A stretch of DNA of 64,000 bases from Marsupella aquatica (taxonomy: Eukaryota > Plantae > Marchantiophyta): NCBI GenBank assembly GCA_973895155.1, contig OZ316892.1:30993802-31057801 (forward strand). Direction: 5' to 3'. Of the stretch, positions 30,917 through 41,445 are shown piece by piece. How positions within the stretch are numbered: position 1 is the stretch's first letter; every line of letters begins with the position of its first letter. The notes below the pieces were generated by a model, which saw nothing but the letters and a program-made list of their open reading frames with translations, ran no database searches and had not been told where the DNA came from. Both the position numbers and the translations under genes were made by a program.

Positions 30917-31603
30917 GTGGCCGACGACGGCGTCATAGACTTTTGCCTGAGCCCTGACTTGGATCAAGACGCTGTTTTAGTCAGCACCGCTAATGGTTGC
31001 ATCATAACCCGGAAAGAAATGAGATGCCTCTCTCCAGGAAAATGGATAACTTCCGAGGTTATCAACACGTATTTCGGTCTCATCAAAGCGATGGAAGAGA
31101 GATCACGGACGAGAGTCTTCAAGTGCCATTTCTTTGATACCTGGTTCTACTCGGTACTCACAAAGAATGGTTATAATTATGCGGCGGTGGAGTCATGGAC
31201 TTCGAAATTGACGTATTTCCTGCTTGATTGTGATCGTATTTTTGTCCCTATTCACGTCCACGGCGGAAGCCATTGGGCGTTGGTCGTCATTGACAACAAC
31301 GAGAAATGCCTAGAGTATCTGGATTCCCTTCACGGTGAAGAGCCGGATGTTCTGAAAAACCTGGCGAAATACATGGACGACGAATTGAGAACCAAAAATC
31401 AGAAGCACATTTGGGCTCGTGAGTGGCCCAGGCACGCACGCAAGGACATTCCTCGCCAAATCGACAGCTACAACTGTGGCGTATTTGTCATGAAATTTGC
31501 TGAGTACCATAGTTTAGACATGGTTTTTGATTTCACGGCTCAGGACATGGATTCCGCTAGGAGAAGAATTGTTGTGAGCCTATTTAGGAAATCGATTGTC
31601 TGA
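30917..31603 (+). CDS. Ulp1/SENP-family SUMO protease (peptidase C48)
   Basis: LSPGKWITSEVINTY, FFDTWFY, IFVPIH..SHWALVVID, YLDSL, PRQIDSYNCGVFV; the His-Asp-Cys triad is intact. The frame is open back to 30671 and is the same frame as the upstream MTase-like ORF. Confidence 0.93.
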   Translation: MADDGVIDFCLSPDLDQDAVLVSTANGCIITRKEMRCLSPGKWITSEVINTYFGLIKAMEERSRTRVFKCHFFDTWFYSVLTKNGYNYAAVESWTSKLTYFLLDCDRIFVPIHVHGGSHWALVVIDNNEKCLEYLDSLHGEEPDVLKNLAKYMDDELRTKNQKHIWAREWPRHARKDIPRQIDSYNCGVFVMKFAEYHSLDMVFDFTAQDMDSARRRIVVSLFRKSIV

Positions 31604-32660
31604 ATATTGATGTAGACTTTGACAGTTCGAGTTTTGGGAATCATAGTACATTGTGTGGCTTGGATTTGTTCTATGGACCACTCTCTGCCTACAAAAAAGG
31701 CTTCCAAGCTCTAGATTCAATGGATGGACAATTGCAATGGGCACAACCTGACACCAGGTACCATTGCAGCTTTGCAATAAATTATGACAGAGATCGGGTA
31801 TCTACAGCAAATTCAACTTACCTTTGCCAACCCCTATGATTCATTTGTTATTTCAAAGATCAATGATGCCTTGCAACACGTAATTACGGTAGGGAGTAAT
31901 TATGATGTGTGTATATGTATTATGTATAGAAAGACCAGGTAGGAAGGACGGTGGTCGACGGCAGAACACCACCTGAAGTACCCTGTATTATGATGGCAAG
32001 AGGCGGGGTGACAGTCGTTGTCCGGCTCGAAGGAAGAATCTGTGTCCGATCCCATTCATGCTGAAACTTGGACCAGGCGGCCGGGTGATTGGCGGCGTAA
32101 TCATGATCCACTCAAGCTTGGAGGCATAAGGGACAGCCGGGCCCTCCTCCCAGTCCCATTCGTCACTTGGCAACATCAGTGAGAAGGCTGGAGCTCCCAC
32201 CCGTAATTGTGATGATCCGCCCTTGTTTCCCCCTTTCCGGTGAAGGAATTATGTATTGGGGAAGCTGCCGAGATTGCATACTCACTTCGACCGACAGTCA
32301 AGTCGTGCCCACTCAAAGGATATCAACGTACTAGCGATTTAGGGTGTTCCTCGTTCTCGCCGGGATTGCCTCCGCCTCAACATTGGACAGACGGAGGGAC
32401 TTTGCTCGGAACATAATAGGTGCGACTCAATCCACAGCTGCGACAATAATAATAATAGCACGTTTTGGGGCTGCAGTTGGCCGAGCAAGCCAGGTACATT
32501 GCGCATTGCAACGACTCCTTTAACCTTCACCGAGCTACCACGGAGAGTGTCCTCTGTGACCATATCGTTTACGTGGCTCGGCTGTTTTGCGAGATAGTTG
32601 TCTCCGTCTGTGTCAACAACAAGTACACTTCCGAGCGGTTCATCGGTTGGTTGTTTTTAG

Positions 32661-33449
32661 ATGGAGATAAGTGTTTGGCAGTTTGGTGAGGGACTTGATC
32701 GCTCTCGGCCAGACACCACTTTCATCACGCACCTGTTTGAGTTGTACCAGTGGGCGAGGGCGAAGGTAGTTATCACAAGAACAGCGGAGCGGCAGCAGGT
32801 TCGTCATCCGACGCATATACTAGCCATTCCTGCAGAAGGCTCATATCGGGAAGAAGGCGGCACAATCGTGGCTTTGGAGGCCGGCCAAAAGCGGAATGGA
32901 CAAGCCGCGCCTGTGCACCTACCTTTGGTGGTCAAGTTACATATCTATCGGATGGAGGAGAACCTTCACATGAACATTCGCCGGGCCAACCATACCAGGT
33001 ACCTGCAGACACACGCATTCGAACGGCTGGTATCCCTACCTTGGAGTGCCAGCCGGTACGAACGGGAGAGCCTGGTGGAGTTTGTGGCTAGCTTTAGCCG
33101 CGGACGAGAAGCCACTGTTGTCCGGGGCCAGACTCTGTCACTGAGTCAAGAGCGGCTACAGATGATTTTTGGGCACGATAATTGTGTTAGTCCAAACGTG
33201 TGGCCGAGTGTGCATCGGGTACGCGTTGTTCGTGTCCAGTCATGCCACGTGTGCCGGCTTCATGGTAAAATTACTTTTTTATATCGCTCTCACAATACAG
33301 ATATATTTAAGGCTCTACACGAGAGTCGCGCAGTACACGGAGAGCGAAGCGTGGAAACAGACTCCCAACACCGCCAAATCCCGTCGTCTACAAGCAAATG
33401 GGGGCACGTATTCCAAAAGGCCATGAGGCGTTTTTTAATTAATTTATAA
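32661..33449 (+). pseudogene. Truncated Transposase_32/ATHILA-ORF1/PMD-like TE accessory protein
   Basis: FERLVSLPW..SLVEFVASF..VVRGQTLSLSQERLQMIFG aligns by eye with ORFs 39079-41247 and 45870-49259. Similarity stops near 33180. Confidence 0.5.
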
Positions 33450-35576
33450 ATTGAATGGGCTCTAGCTTTGGCTCTACTACTGCTACTAGGGTGTCTCAAA
33501 CTTCAAGGGTATGGACAAGGTTTGACTGGCAAAAAGGTTTCCCGAAACTGTCGGGCATGCAGAAAGCAAAGGGGGGGAGGCAAGGAAATCCCTAAACACT
33601 AAACCCTAAACCCTTGCTCCGGCTATGCTCTTTCGCTGAATGCAGAGCTTTTTCAAAAGACAGCAAGGATGGCACATCTTACTTCTTCCGAATTGTGTGA
33701 ATGTCTCCAGTTGCTGAATTTCTAATCCCACCGTGGATAGATCAGATCAGGGGAGGAAAAATGCAAGAAGCCCCGAAGGCCAGCCGAACATGGCAGAGGT
33801 GTACATGGAGAAGTTAGCTAAGAAGAACGTATTTCGGCAGCAGATGATTTAAACTCGCGATAGATGGAAAGCGAATGAAGGGACGCGCACGAAGCATTGA
33901 CAAAGGACAACAGGGTGAGGGATAGTGAGGGATAGGGTACAGAGAAGGCACGAGGAAAAGAGGGCCAGAATTGATCTGGAGACCCAATTGACATTGCTGA
34001 GAGCTCAACAGTCAACAGCAATACTGACTGAACTGATCCGTTCGAGCAGGACACCTGAGGAATCGCTTACGTATATGTAGGTCCTGCCTATCTGCAATAG
34101 GATAGATAGCCTCCTTACGAGTAGCAATAGTAGACACTTCTGCTGTGATCACTCTGCATTCCATGGAGATGCTGAACCCACACGAACCTGTAAATGTCTG
34201 TTTTGAAGCAAATTTTGAGTAACGGTTTGCACTGTGCTTCGTGTCCTCCTCAAATTCTGAGTGTGTTCCCCACACTGCCCCCATTGAATGTTAATCATGG
34301 CCCAATAAGGTTCAAGGCAACCCAAGGCATTCGGGAAAAAAATTAATGTTCCGGCATTTCCGTCAATGCACAACTACAAAACCTCCTGGCCATAAAACAT
34401 TTACTAAGGCAATCATCTGAACGAAGCCGGACTAACATTCACACAAAACCACGACCCCTAGGTGTACTCAAACCCCAGTAAACCCTAAACCCAGTAAACC
34501 CCAAACCCCATTCACAAAAAAAAAACAATTCAGAAGTTTCAGAAATAATTCCGGAGAGTTACAAATGGCTGGCCACTGCAAGTTTAGAATTCCGTAATTT
34601 AGAATGCTCAAAGATCGCCACAATGGGAATTGAGGTTTAGGGGTTACCCCACAGAGTTGTAAGTTGAAGTGCTAGCTCTTATCTATTCCATGGAATGCAA
34701 AATGCCCATTTCTACAACAAAGCTGCAAGAAACGCTACTTTGGAAAAGCTGGATTGCAGCAAAATTTAATCTGCGAATGCAAAGAAAGTCATCCCACTTC
34801 ATGACCAGCACCTGTGTCGATGGCCATGTCTCCTGATGTTGGCTAGTAATTCCAGATACCCCAAGAAGAAATTATCAGTGACAAAGTCATTGCTATCAAT
34901 CACCCACAATGGGAATCGAGTTCCTCCATTCGGGAATATGCCCAAATTTCTCCCAAGCTGAAATGTCGCCAATGGGTGCAGTACTTTGAAGACAAGTACT
35001 GCATGTGGTGGTCAAGCAATGAACTTGACCTGTCGATGAAGTGTGTGGTTCACTGCAAGTACCAGCATGTCACTGCTCAGTCGAGTACCGGAAGCGTCCA
35101 GGTCGTCGATTGAATGTGAGGGCATGGTCCATGACCCTCACAAGCAAGGCATTACCTGCAGTCACTATGCCCCTTCTAGACATCCTACAGACACGGCACT
35201 GTGCCACACCAAGTGTTGAAATCCTCTTTGTCATGTACCATGTACCATGTCTGCTCTCTCGAATGCACAAACTACATGAGGTAAAGCCCGGTACCCGATG
35301 TTACTGTTTACATCTGTGCAGAACTTCCAAAGAGGTCATTTCCTTAAAGGCAGGCATTCCTGAAAAATGGGAAAGGCAAACATTTCATTTCATTGTCCGC
35401 CGCCTATATTGATCACAGACCCCCTGCACATTGACTGAGTATCTACTCTTTCCCCATTGTAGCATTCCCCATGGGCAAAAGGACGTTTTGGTAAGGGAAG
35501 CAAAGAACCATCAATAAGACCAACACAGCCAGGGATTAATCTGTGGCCTGATTCTACAAGCAGCAACTTTTACAGT

Positions 35577-38500
35577 TCAAGTGATATTGCGAGTGCCACG
35601 GCCAACTGACTCCAAAGCCCGTCGGTGCTTAGCGAGACTGGCGAAATATGTACTCAATATCTCTCGAACACCGCCGTCAGATTGTGTACTAGGTCTGAAT
35701 GCGGCCCCACCTCCTTCGTAGAGCTGTTGAGCCATGTTACGCTTCATATCCTGCAGTCAAAAGAGTGGGACAATAAGGTAGAGAGTTTGAAGGGTTTAGG
35801 GTTTCAGCAAACTATGTATACAAGCTAGCATATTGTTGAAGAAAACCGGTACGTACCTGCAGCTCCAAAACCGACTCCTCAACCGAGTCCTCTAGAACGA
35901 TTCGTGTCACGTACACTTTTTTCTTCTGTCCTATTCGATGTGCTCGACCAACGGCCTGGTCTTCCATTGCTGGATTCCACCAAGAGTCCAGGAAAAAAAC
36001 ATGATTGGCGTATTCGATGTTCAACCCAACACCTTCGGAAAGCAAGGACATCAGAATGACACTCACCTGCATGGCAAAGAAACATGTAAGAAACAGGCCG
36101 GTCAATTGAGTTGGTTCGATAGTTAATTTGAACTACCCTAAACCCTGAAGTACGGTGGTGTACTTGCCCTACGTACGCACCTCCGGGCGCGTCCTGAACT
36201 CCTCCATCACCACGGCACGCCCCGGTGGCCCCATGGACCCATCAAACCTCCTGTACTGGATGCCAGCTTTCTCCAGGTGTGGCTGTAACAGGTCCAAAGC
36301 AGACGTCCATTGGGAAAATACTATACTCTTCTCTTTCTGTTCGTTCTGTTCCGTTTTGTGACTAGGAACATCTGATAGGAGTCGTAGCAGACAATCAAAC
36401 TTCGACGAGGATGGGGTGTTTGCCGCGAAACTTGATATTCGGGTAACACCCCTCTTTCTCGGCTTCTTTGTACCGGCCATGGGGGTCTTCAATTCGTCGT
36501 ATATATACAACTCCTTGGAGTTAATGACTTTCGTACAATGTACCGCAGGGCAATTGCAGCCCTTGTCCATGTAAGTGCCACAATGACCACAAAAAACATG
36601 ACCGCAGTAGGAAACTCGCGTTTGTGCCACCGTTGCCGACCCCTACCCATGATTCACCAAGTCAGAACTGTCCATGCATTTACGGCTACAAATAAAGAAA
36701 AAAAAACTATTTCGGGTTCAATGTTTCAAAAAGCAAGTTGTGTACCTTGCACAAAGCACACGGAGTTTGAAAACTGACTGCAGAAAGGATTTGTAACAAC
36801 GTATCACGTTTGTTGTCTGGCAGCATTGTTTTTCCTTCTAGTGCAGCTTTTTCCGCCAAGTACTGGTCATGAAATCCTGGCAGCGAAGGATGTACTGCCA
36901 TTTGCCTTAGGCGAAGAATGCGAGCCAAAAAGTGTTGGACGTTCCAGCTTCCATTTTCCCGATATGCCTGCAACAAAAGGAACGGTGGAGAGATAGCACA
37001 ACAACTTTCAAAACCTTGAAACGTACGCATGCAATAACACCACAACATAAGGCGCCTTAAGTCAGCCTCTGAACTAAGCGAGAGTCGTGCAGAGCAAGGA
37101 GAGGTGCCTATAATCAGTCACTGAACTAAGCCGAGAGTCGTGCAGAGCAAAGGAACAGAAGATCGACAAAAGAGCATAGGAGGATAATTTACACACCTAT
37201 CACATCTTGTAAAGAAAATTAGTCCACTACAAAGGTAAAGATTGTAATGCTAACATCTGAACGAATGTAGTAAATTGAAGTCCTCGGCAAAACCGTCTGC
37301 CGGCATATGGGTTCAGGGTTCACGGTTTCATTTGCAATCACACCAGCTTTGACTTGCTTTAGTGCAACGAGTAAGTAATTGGGCATAGGAAGCTGAAGGA
37401 AGGGGCTTAAACCTTCCAATCGTCTTTAGAACTCTGCACCAGGTTTTCGTACGCAGCGTGCTCTGCTGGGGTCGTGAAGCCGACCTCAACTACCTGTGCG
37501 CTCAGGGGGGGCAAATCTAGTTTATCTGCTGACAGTCACATTTTGGTGTAAAGTTCCATTATGCATGCAAATCGAGTGACACAAGTTCCATTACGCATGC
37601 AAATCGAGTGACACAATATTGGATTACAAGCCCTGCTCGAGCTGACAACAAAGATAATGACTTGGCACATCACATCACCCATTGGAACGCAACAACTTAT
37701 GCAAATCCATATCGTAGTCTGCATCCGGGAGACATGGTTTACGGTAGAAAGCAGTATTGATTGACAAGTATGGGAAGGTTCATACCCTTTGTCCTCCTGA
37801 GGGCAATGCGGGCCAAGTGCTCGGAGATGGACTTCCTTGCCGGCTTGTCACCATCATCAGCCTTTTTAGCCAGAGATTGGAAATCCTCCTTCTGACTAAG
37901 AGGTATATACCTGAGGAACCTAAAGTAGGAATAGAGATCCATGTGGGAATTGTGCACAGGTGTGTCGCTCACACACCATCTGTTCCGACTTCGCAGGGTG
38001 TAGCACGCTTTGGAACCAATGCTTTCCGCATTCCGAATTTGATGGCATTCGTCCAGGACTACTCGGAACCATGGCGGAGAAGCAAAGAGTGGATTTCTGT
38101 CCTTTGGACGGATGAATCCACCACCGTCACTAGTAATCTGTGATTCCTGTGTCACCATCCCGTACGTCGTAAGGACTACGTCATGGTTTTGTATGGATGC
38201 AATATCTTTGGTCCTTGATTTCCCGTGGTAAACCAGCACAGACAATTTTGCTTTCTCTGTCGTCCGTGTCTGTATCTCTGTTTCCCATTGCTTGAGAATA
38301 CTCGTGGGGCAAACTATCAAAGTCCCACAGAATTTCTTCGTCCGAGGCCGGCGATTTGTCACTATCAGTTGTAGGATCTCGATTGTCTTGCCCATGCCCT
38401 GCAGGCCAATGGTTCGGACATCGAGTTAGCAGGCACTGACATCTGATCGGAATTCATGTTGCCATGTGGTCATTGAATTGCGAATGTATGAACGTACCAT

Positions 38501-38990
38501 GTCATCCGCTAATATCCCCCCAAATGGACAATCGGTTCCTGACTCCTTGTAAGTCATCCACGCTAGAGCTTGCCGTTGATGCGGAGGAGTGTGAACTGTC
38601 ATGGTATCCTCGGGAGGTTGCTTGTTCGCAGTCAGGTCCCTCCCATCGATGTGCTTCTGGCAAAATGGGTAAATGTTGCTTGGCCTCAAAAAATTCAACG
38701 TAATGCCTCGAACCCAAACATGTCACACACACACGCAACTTCGACACAAACAGCACAATCAAATAATCAATCATTTGTAATTTGATTCTATATCCACGAG
38801 TTCTTTGCCACATTCGGCTGAAGTAGTCACCTTCCCATTGTAATCGGGATTATCTGGCCATTTTATGTCATACTGCATCTCCGGCTCCGATGAATCATCC
38901 AATGCACCATCCGATGAACCATCCGACGAACCATCGTTGTCGGCGGAGGTTAAATCCACAATCAGAATTTTAGCTGCAGCACGGGGAACC
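35577..38990 (-). CDS. RAD5/RAD16/Uls1-like SNF2 ATPase with embedded RING finger and upstream SIM, multi-exon
   Basis: HQRQALAWM, GGILADDM|GMGKT, TLIVCP, VVLDECH, LRRTK, LRLRQMAVHP, RING CALC..CGHVFCGHC..CP, SIVFSQWT, FDGSM, GVGLN, WWNPAMEDQAVGRAHRIGQ. GT-AG introns; stop at 35577. Motif III reads SDTP instead of SGTP. Confidence 0.9.
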
Positions 38991-39078
38991 TGAGTAGATG
39001 CCTGTCTACGATGTGGCATGCTTTGAGTCACACTTCCTTCTAAGGGGTTGGCTGGAGACCGGGTGGGTTCGCCGCCGC

Positions 39079-41247
39079 CTAAACACATCGTCGACCCCAG
39101 TACGCGTGGTGCGAATTGAACAGATGCGGGTCGAGTACTTCCATAGTTGGCGGATGGAGACCCACACGGGCCTGCAACATGCACCAACCTTCTCCTCCTC
39201 CTTGGGGGGCGCGTACTTCTTCTTCTCTTTCTTCTACCCTCTTCCGAAGTGGTGATTGCCCGCTCCCGACCACTCCACAATTCTCTACGTCATAGTCAGC
39301 TCGTGCCACGTAAGAGTCACTTTGAATTCTGGCAGTGTAGAGCCCCGTAGTCCGGGTCAATTCACTTTGATGATGATCTACCTGCCCCGTCGGTATAATG
39401 CAAGTGTCATCGACCTCCATTCCTTCCACAATTGATATTGCCGGACTAGAATCGACAATTGGCCCTGCTACACTTGCCTCAAAAACTTCATCTCCTGGAC
39501 AGGCCTCCTCCTGAATTGGCTCTTGTGCACTACTTTCCACCATTGCTTCGAGGGCCCTACTAAATTGTTGCGTTAAGGCTTTGGTCGAGGGTCCCTTTTT
39601 CGTGGCCACACTTATCTCCGGTGTCTCGGCCGACAACTGTAGTTCTTCGGGTCCTCCCGGTATACCATCATCAGCCGCATTCGACCTCAATGGTAGGAAA
39701 TCGGGTTCTGGTTCACGATTTCTGTCAGTCCTGTGCGAGGCCACGCGCGGGTCCTCGGGACTGTCATGAAACACAGCAGTTTCATGAAGCTCCATGGTGC
39801 ATTCCAACGACTGAGCTACGACATGTGCGTTTTGCGCAGAACATTGCAAAGTTGCATCCGGCGCCTTATTAAATCGGGCCTCGGTCGAGGCTCCGGTCGT
39901 CCAGTGTGCATCTGTTCTGTGTGAGGCCACGCGCGGGTCCTCGGGACTGTCATGGAACACGGCAGTTTCATTCAGCATCAAGTTGCATTCCGCGAGCACA
40001 TGTCCGACATTGCTTTGCAAATCCACAATCATTCTTTGTTGCTCCTTCAATTTGAAAGCAAACACTCCACTGCATTCGTGAATTTGTTTTATTTGATCAT
40101 AGACAACTCGCATGCAGTCTGGCATCCTGCTGCCCATTGACTGTGAACTGGCCGTCGGATCGTAGTGAATGTTTTGCGTGGTATGCTCAGATCTTTCCCC
40201 ACACAAACGTCCGTCTGAATGCTCATCGTCATGGGACGTCCCGGTCTCCACATGCTTCCACACATCGCCCTCCGTGTCGCTCTGGCCCCGCCTCTCTGCT
40301 TCACTAGCACTCTGCCTACTGCGCGTCTCACTTTCGTTTGCACTCCTGGGTTTTTGAAGTAGATCCCTCATGGAATACCCACTGTGAAGGAGCAATCGCG
40401 TTACAGCCGTGCCACAGTAACAGGGATACCATTTCATTCTCGGAAGCTTATCATCTGACAAATGCTTCCTCAACGCCACTATCTCACCCTTCAAGCAGTC
40501 CCACACAAAATGAGCCCAGTCTGGCTTCAAAGTTGGACATTCAACATCCTGGGCCCGAACCTCTTCCGGGATTGTACTCCACCAGGAAGCCCAGTACACC
40601 CACATGTCCTTCCCGGTTACCTGGGTGGGCTTTGTTTTCCCAAGAAGTAGCTTGTTTACAACCTTCACAGGCTCCTGCCAACGCCTGAACACATCCGATA
40701 GGGTATCCAAACTCCAAGGGTTTGTGTGGTTACGAGGCACATTAAACATGGCATCCAGTTTCTCGGAAGCCCATGAATTTCGAAAATGTCCAAATTGCCC
40801 ATTGGGCAGATGGAATGCAGCTCGCACTGTTTCCTTGTCAAATTTCAGCAATGCACCCCGGAACATGCAGCTGTCGATGTCTGGGTCAAATGCTTGGACA
40901 AATTCGGTAACTCCAGCAATCGCCACCTGCGGCCATTCCAACTGAAATGCCTCGACCAGATTTCCTGCCACCAACAAATCGTGCGTTCCAGGCTCACATT
41001 GCAGGCTGGAACGTATTTTCCTTGGAGTCATTGATTTCCATATGGTGCGGGTGACCCCTGCAAAAAGATTGCCAGTTCTTTCAAAAATGGCTCCAACCCA
41101 GTGTACATAACTCATAAAGTACAAAACACAGGCGACGCACTCATCCTCTGGCCCGAGCTCGACATTTGATCCTGGCGTCGAGGCAGTCATCCCTCCACGA
41201 TGATGGTCGACTCCCTGCTTGACAACGTCGATGGTCCCTCGACACAC
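39079..41247 (-). CDS. 722-aa Transposase_32/ATHILA-ORF1/PMD-like protein with coiled coil and acidic tail
   Basis: FQLEWP..VTEFVQAF..FRGALLKFDKETVRAAFHLP and PDWAHFVWDCLKGEI..CGTAVTRLL. Internal duplication of ETAVFHDSPEDPRVASHRTD. Confidence 0.6.
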   Translation of the reverse strand: MCRGTIDVVKQGVDHHRGGMTASTPGSNVELGPEDECVACVLYFMSYVHWVGAIFERTGNLFAGVTRTIWKSMTPRKIRSSLQCEPGTHDLLVAGNLVEAFQLEWPQVAIAGVTEFVQAFDPDIDSCMFRGALLKFDKETVRAAFHLPNGQFGHFRNSWASEKLDAMFNVPRNHTNPWSLDTLSDVFRRWQEPVKVVNKLLLGKTKPTQVTGKDMWVYWASWWSTIPEEVRAQDVECPTLKPDWAHFVWDCLKGEIVALRKHLSDDKLPRMKWYPCYCGTAVTRLLLHSGYSMRDLLQKPRSANESETRSRQSASEAERRGQSDTEGDVWKHVETGTSHDDEHSDGRLCGERSEHTTQNIHYDPTASSQSMGSRMPDCMRVVYDQIKQIHECSGVFAFKLKEQQRMIVDLQSNVGHVLAECNLMLNETAVFHDSPEDPRVASHRTDAHWTTGASTEARFNKAPDATLQCSAQNAHVVAQSLECTMELHETAVFHDSPEDPRVASHRTDRNREPEPDFLPLRSNAADDGIPGGPEELQLSAETPEISVATKKGPSTKALTQQFSRALEAMVESSAQEPIQEEACPGDEVFEASVAGPIVDSSPAISIVEGMEVDDTCIIPTGQVDHHQSELTRTTGLYTARIQSDSYVARADYDVENCGVVGSGQSPLRKRVEEREEEVRAPQGGGEGWCMLQARVGLHPPTMEVLDPHLFNSHHAYWGRRCV

Positions 41248-41384
41248 CCCTCCTCAGTCCACAGCGTTCATCATCTGCACAAGGTGGTGAATCGATCGCC
41301 TCACGGCACCCCAGCCCTAAAGTACCCCAAACATCCAAGCAAAAATACCCTCGGTATCGACTCCTGGCTGCGGCAAATCTCAAC

Positions 41385-41445
41385 ACCAAAATACCCCAAT
41401 CATCAAAGCCAAAATACCCCAATCATCAAAGCCAAAGTACCCCTA
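41385..41445. repeat. 23-bp tandem repeat
   Basis: caaaataccccaatcatcaaagc, ~2.5 copies. Confidence 0.8.
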
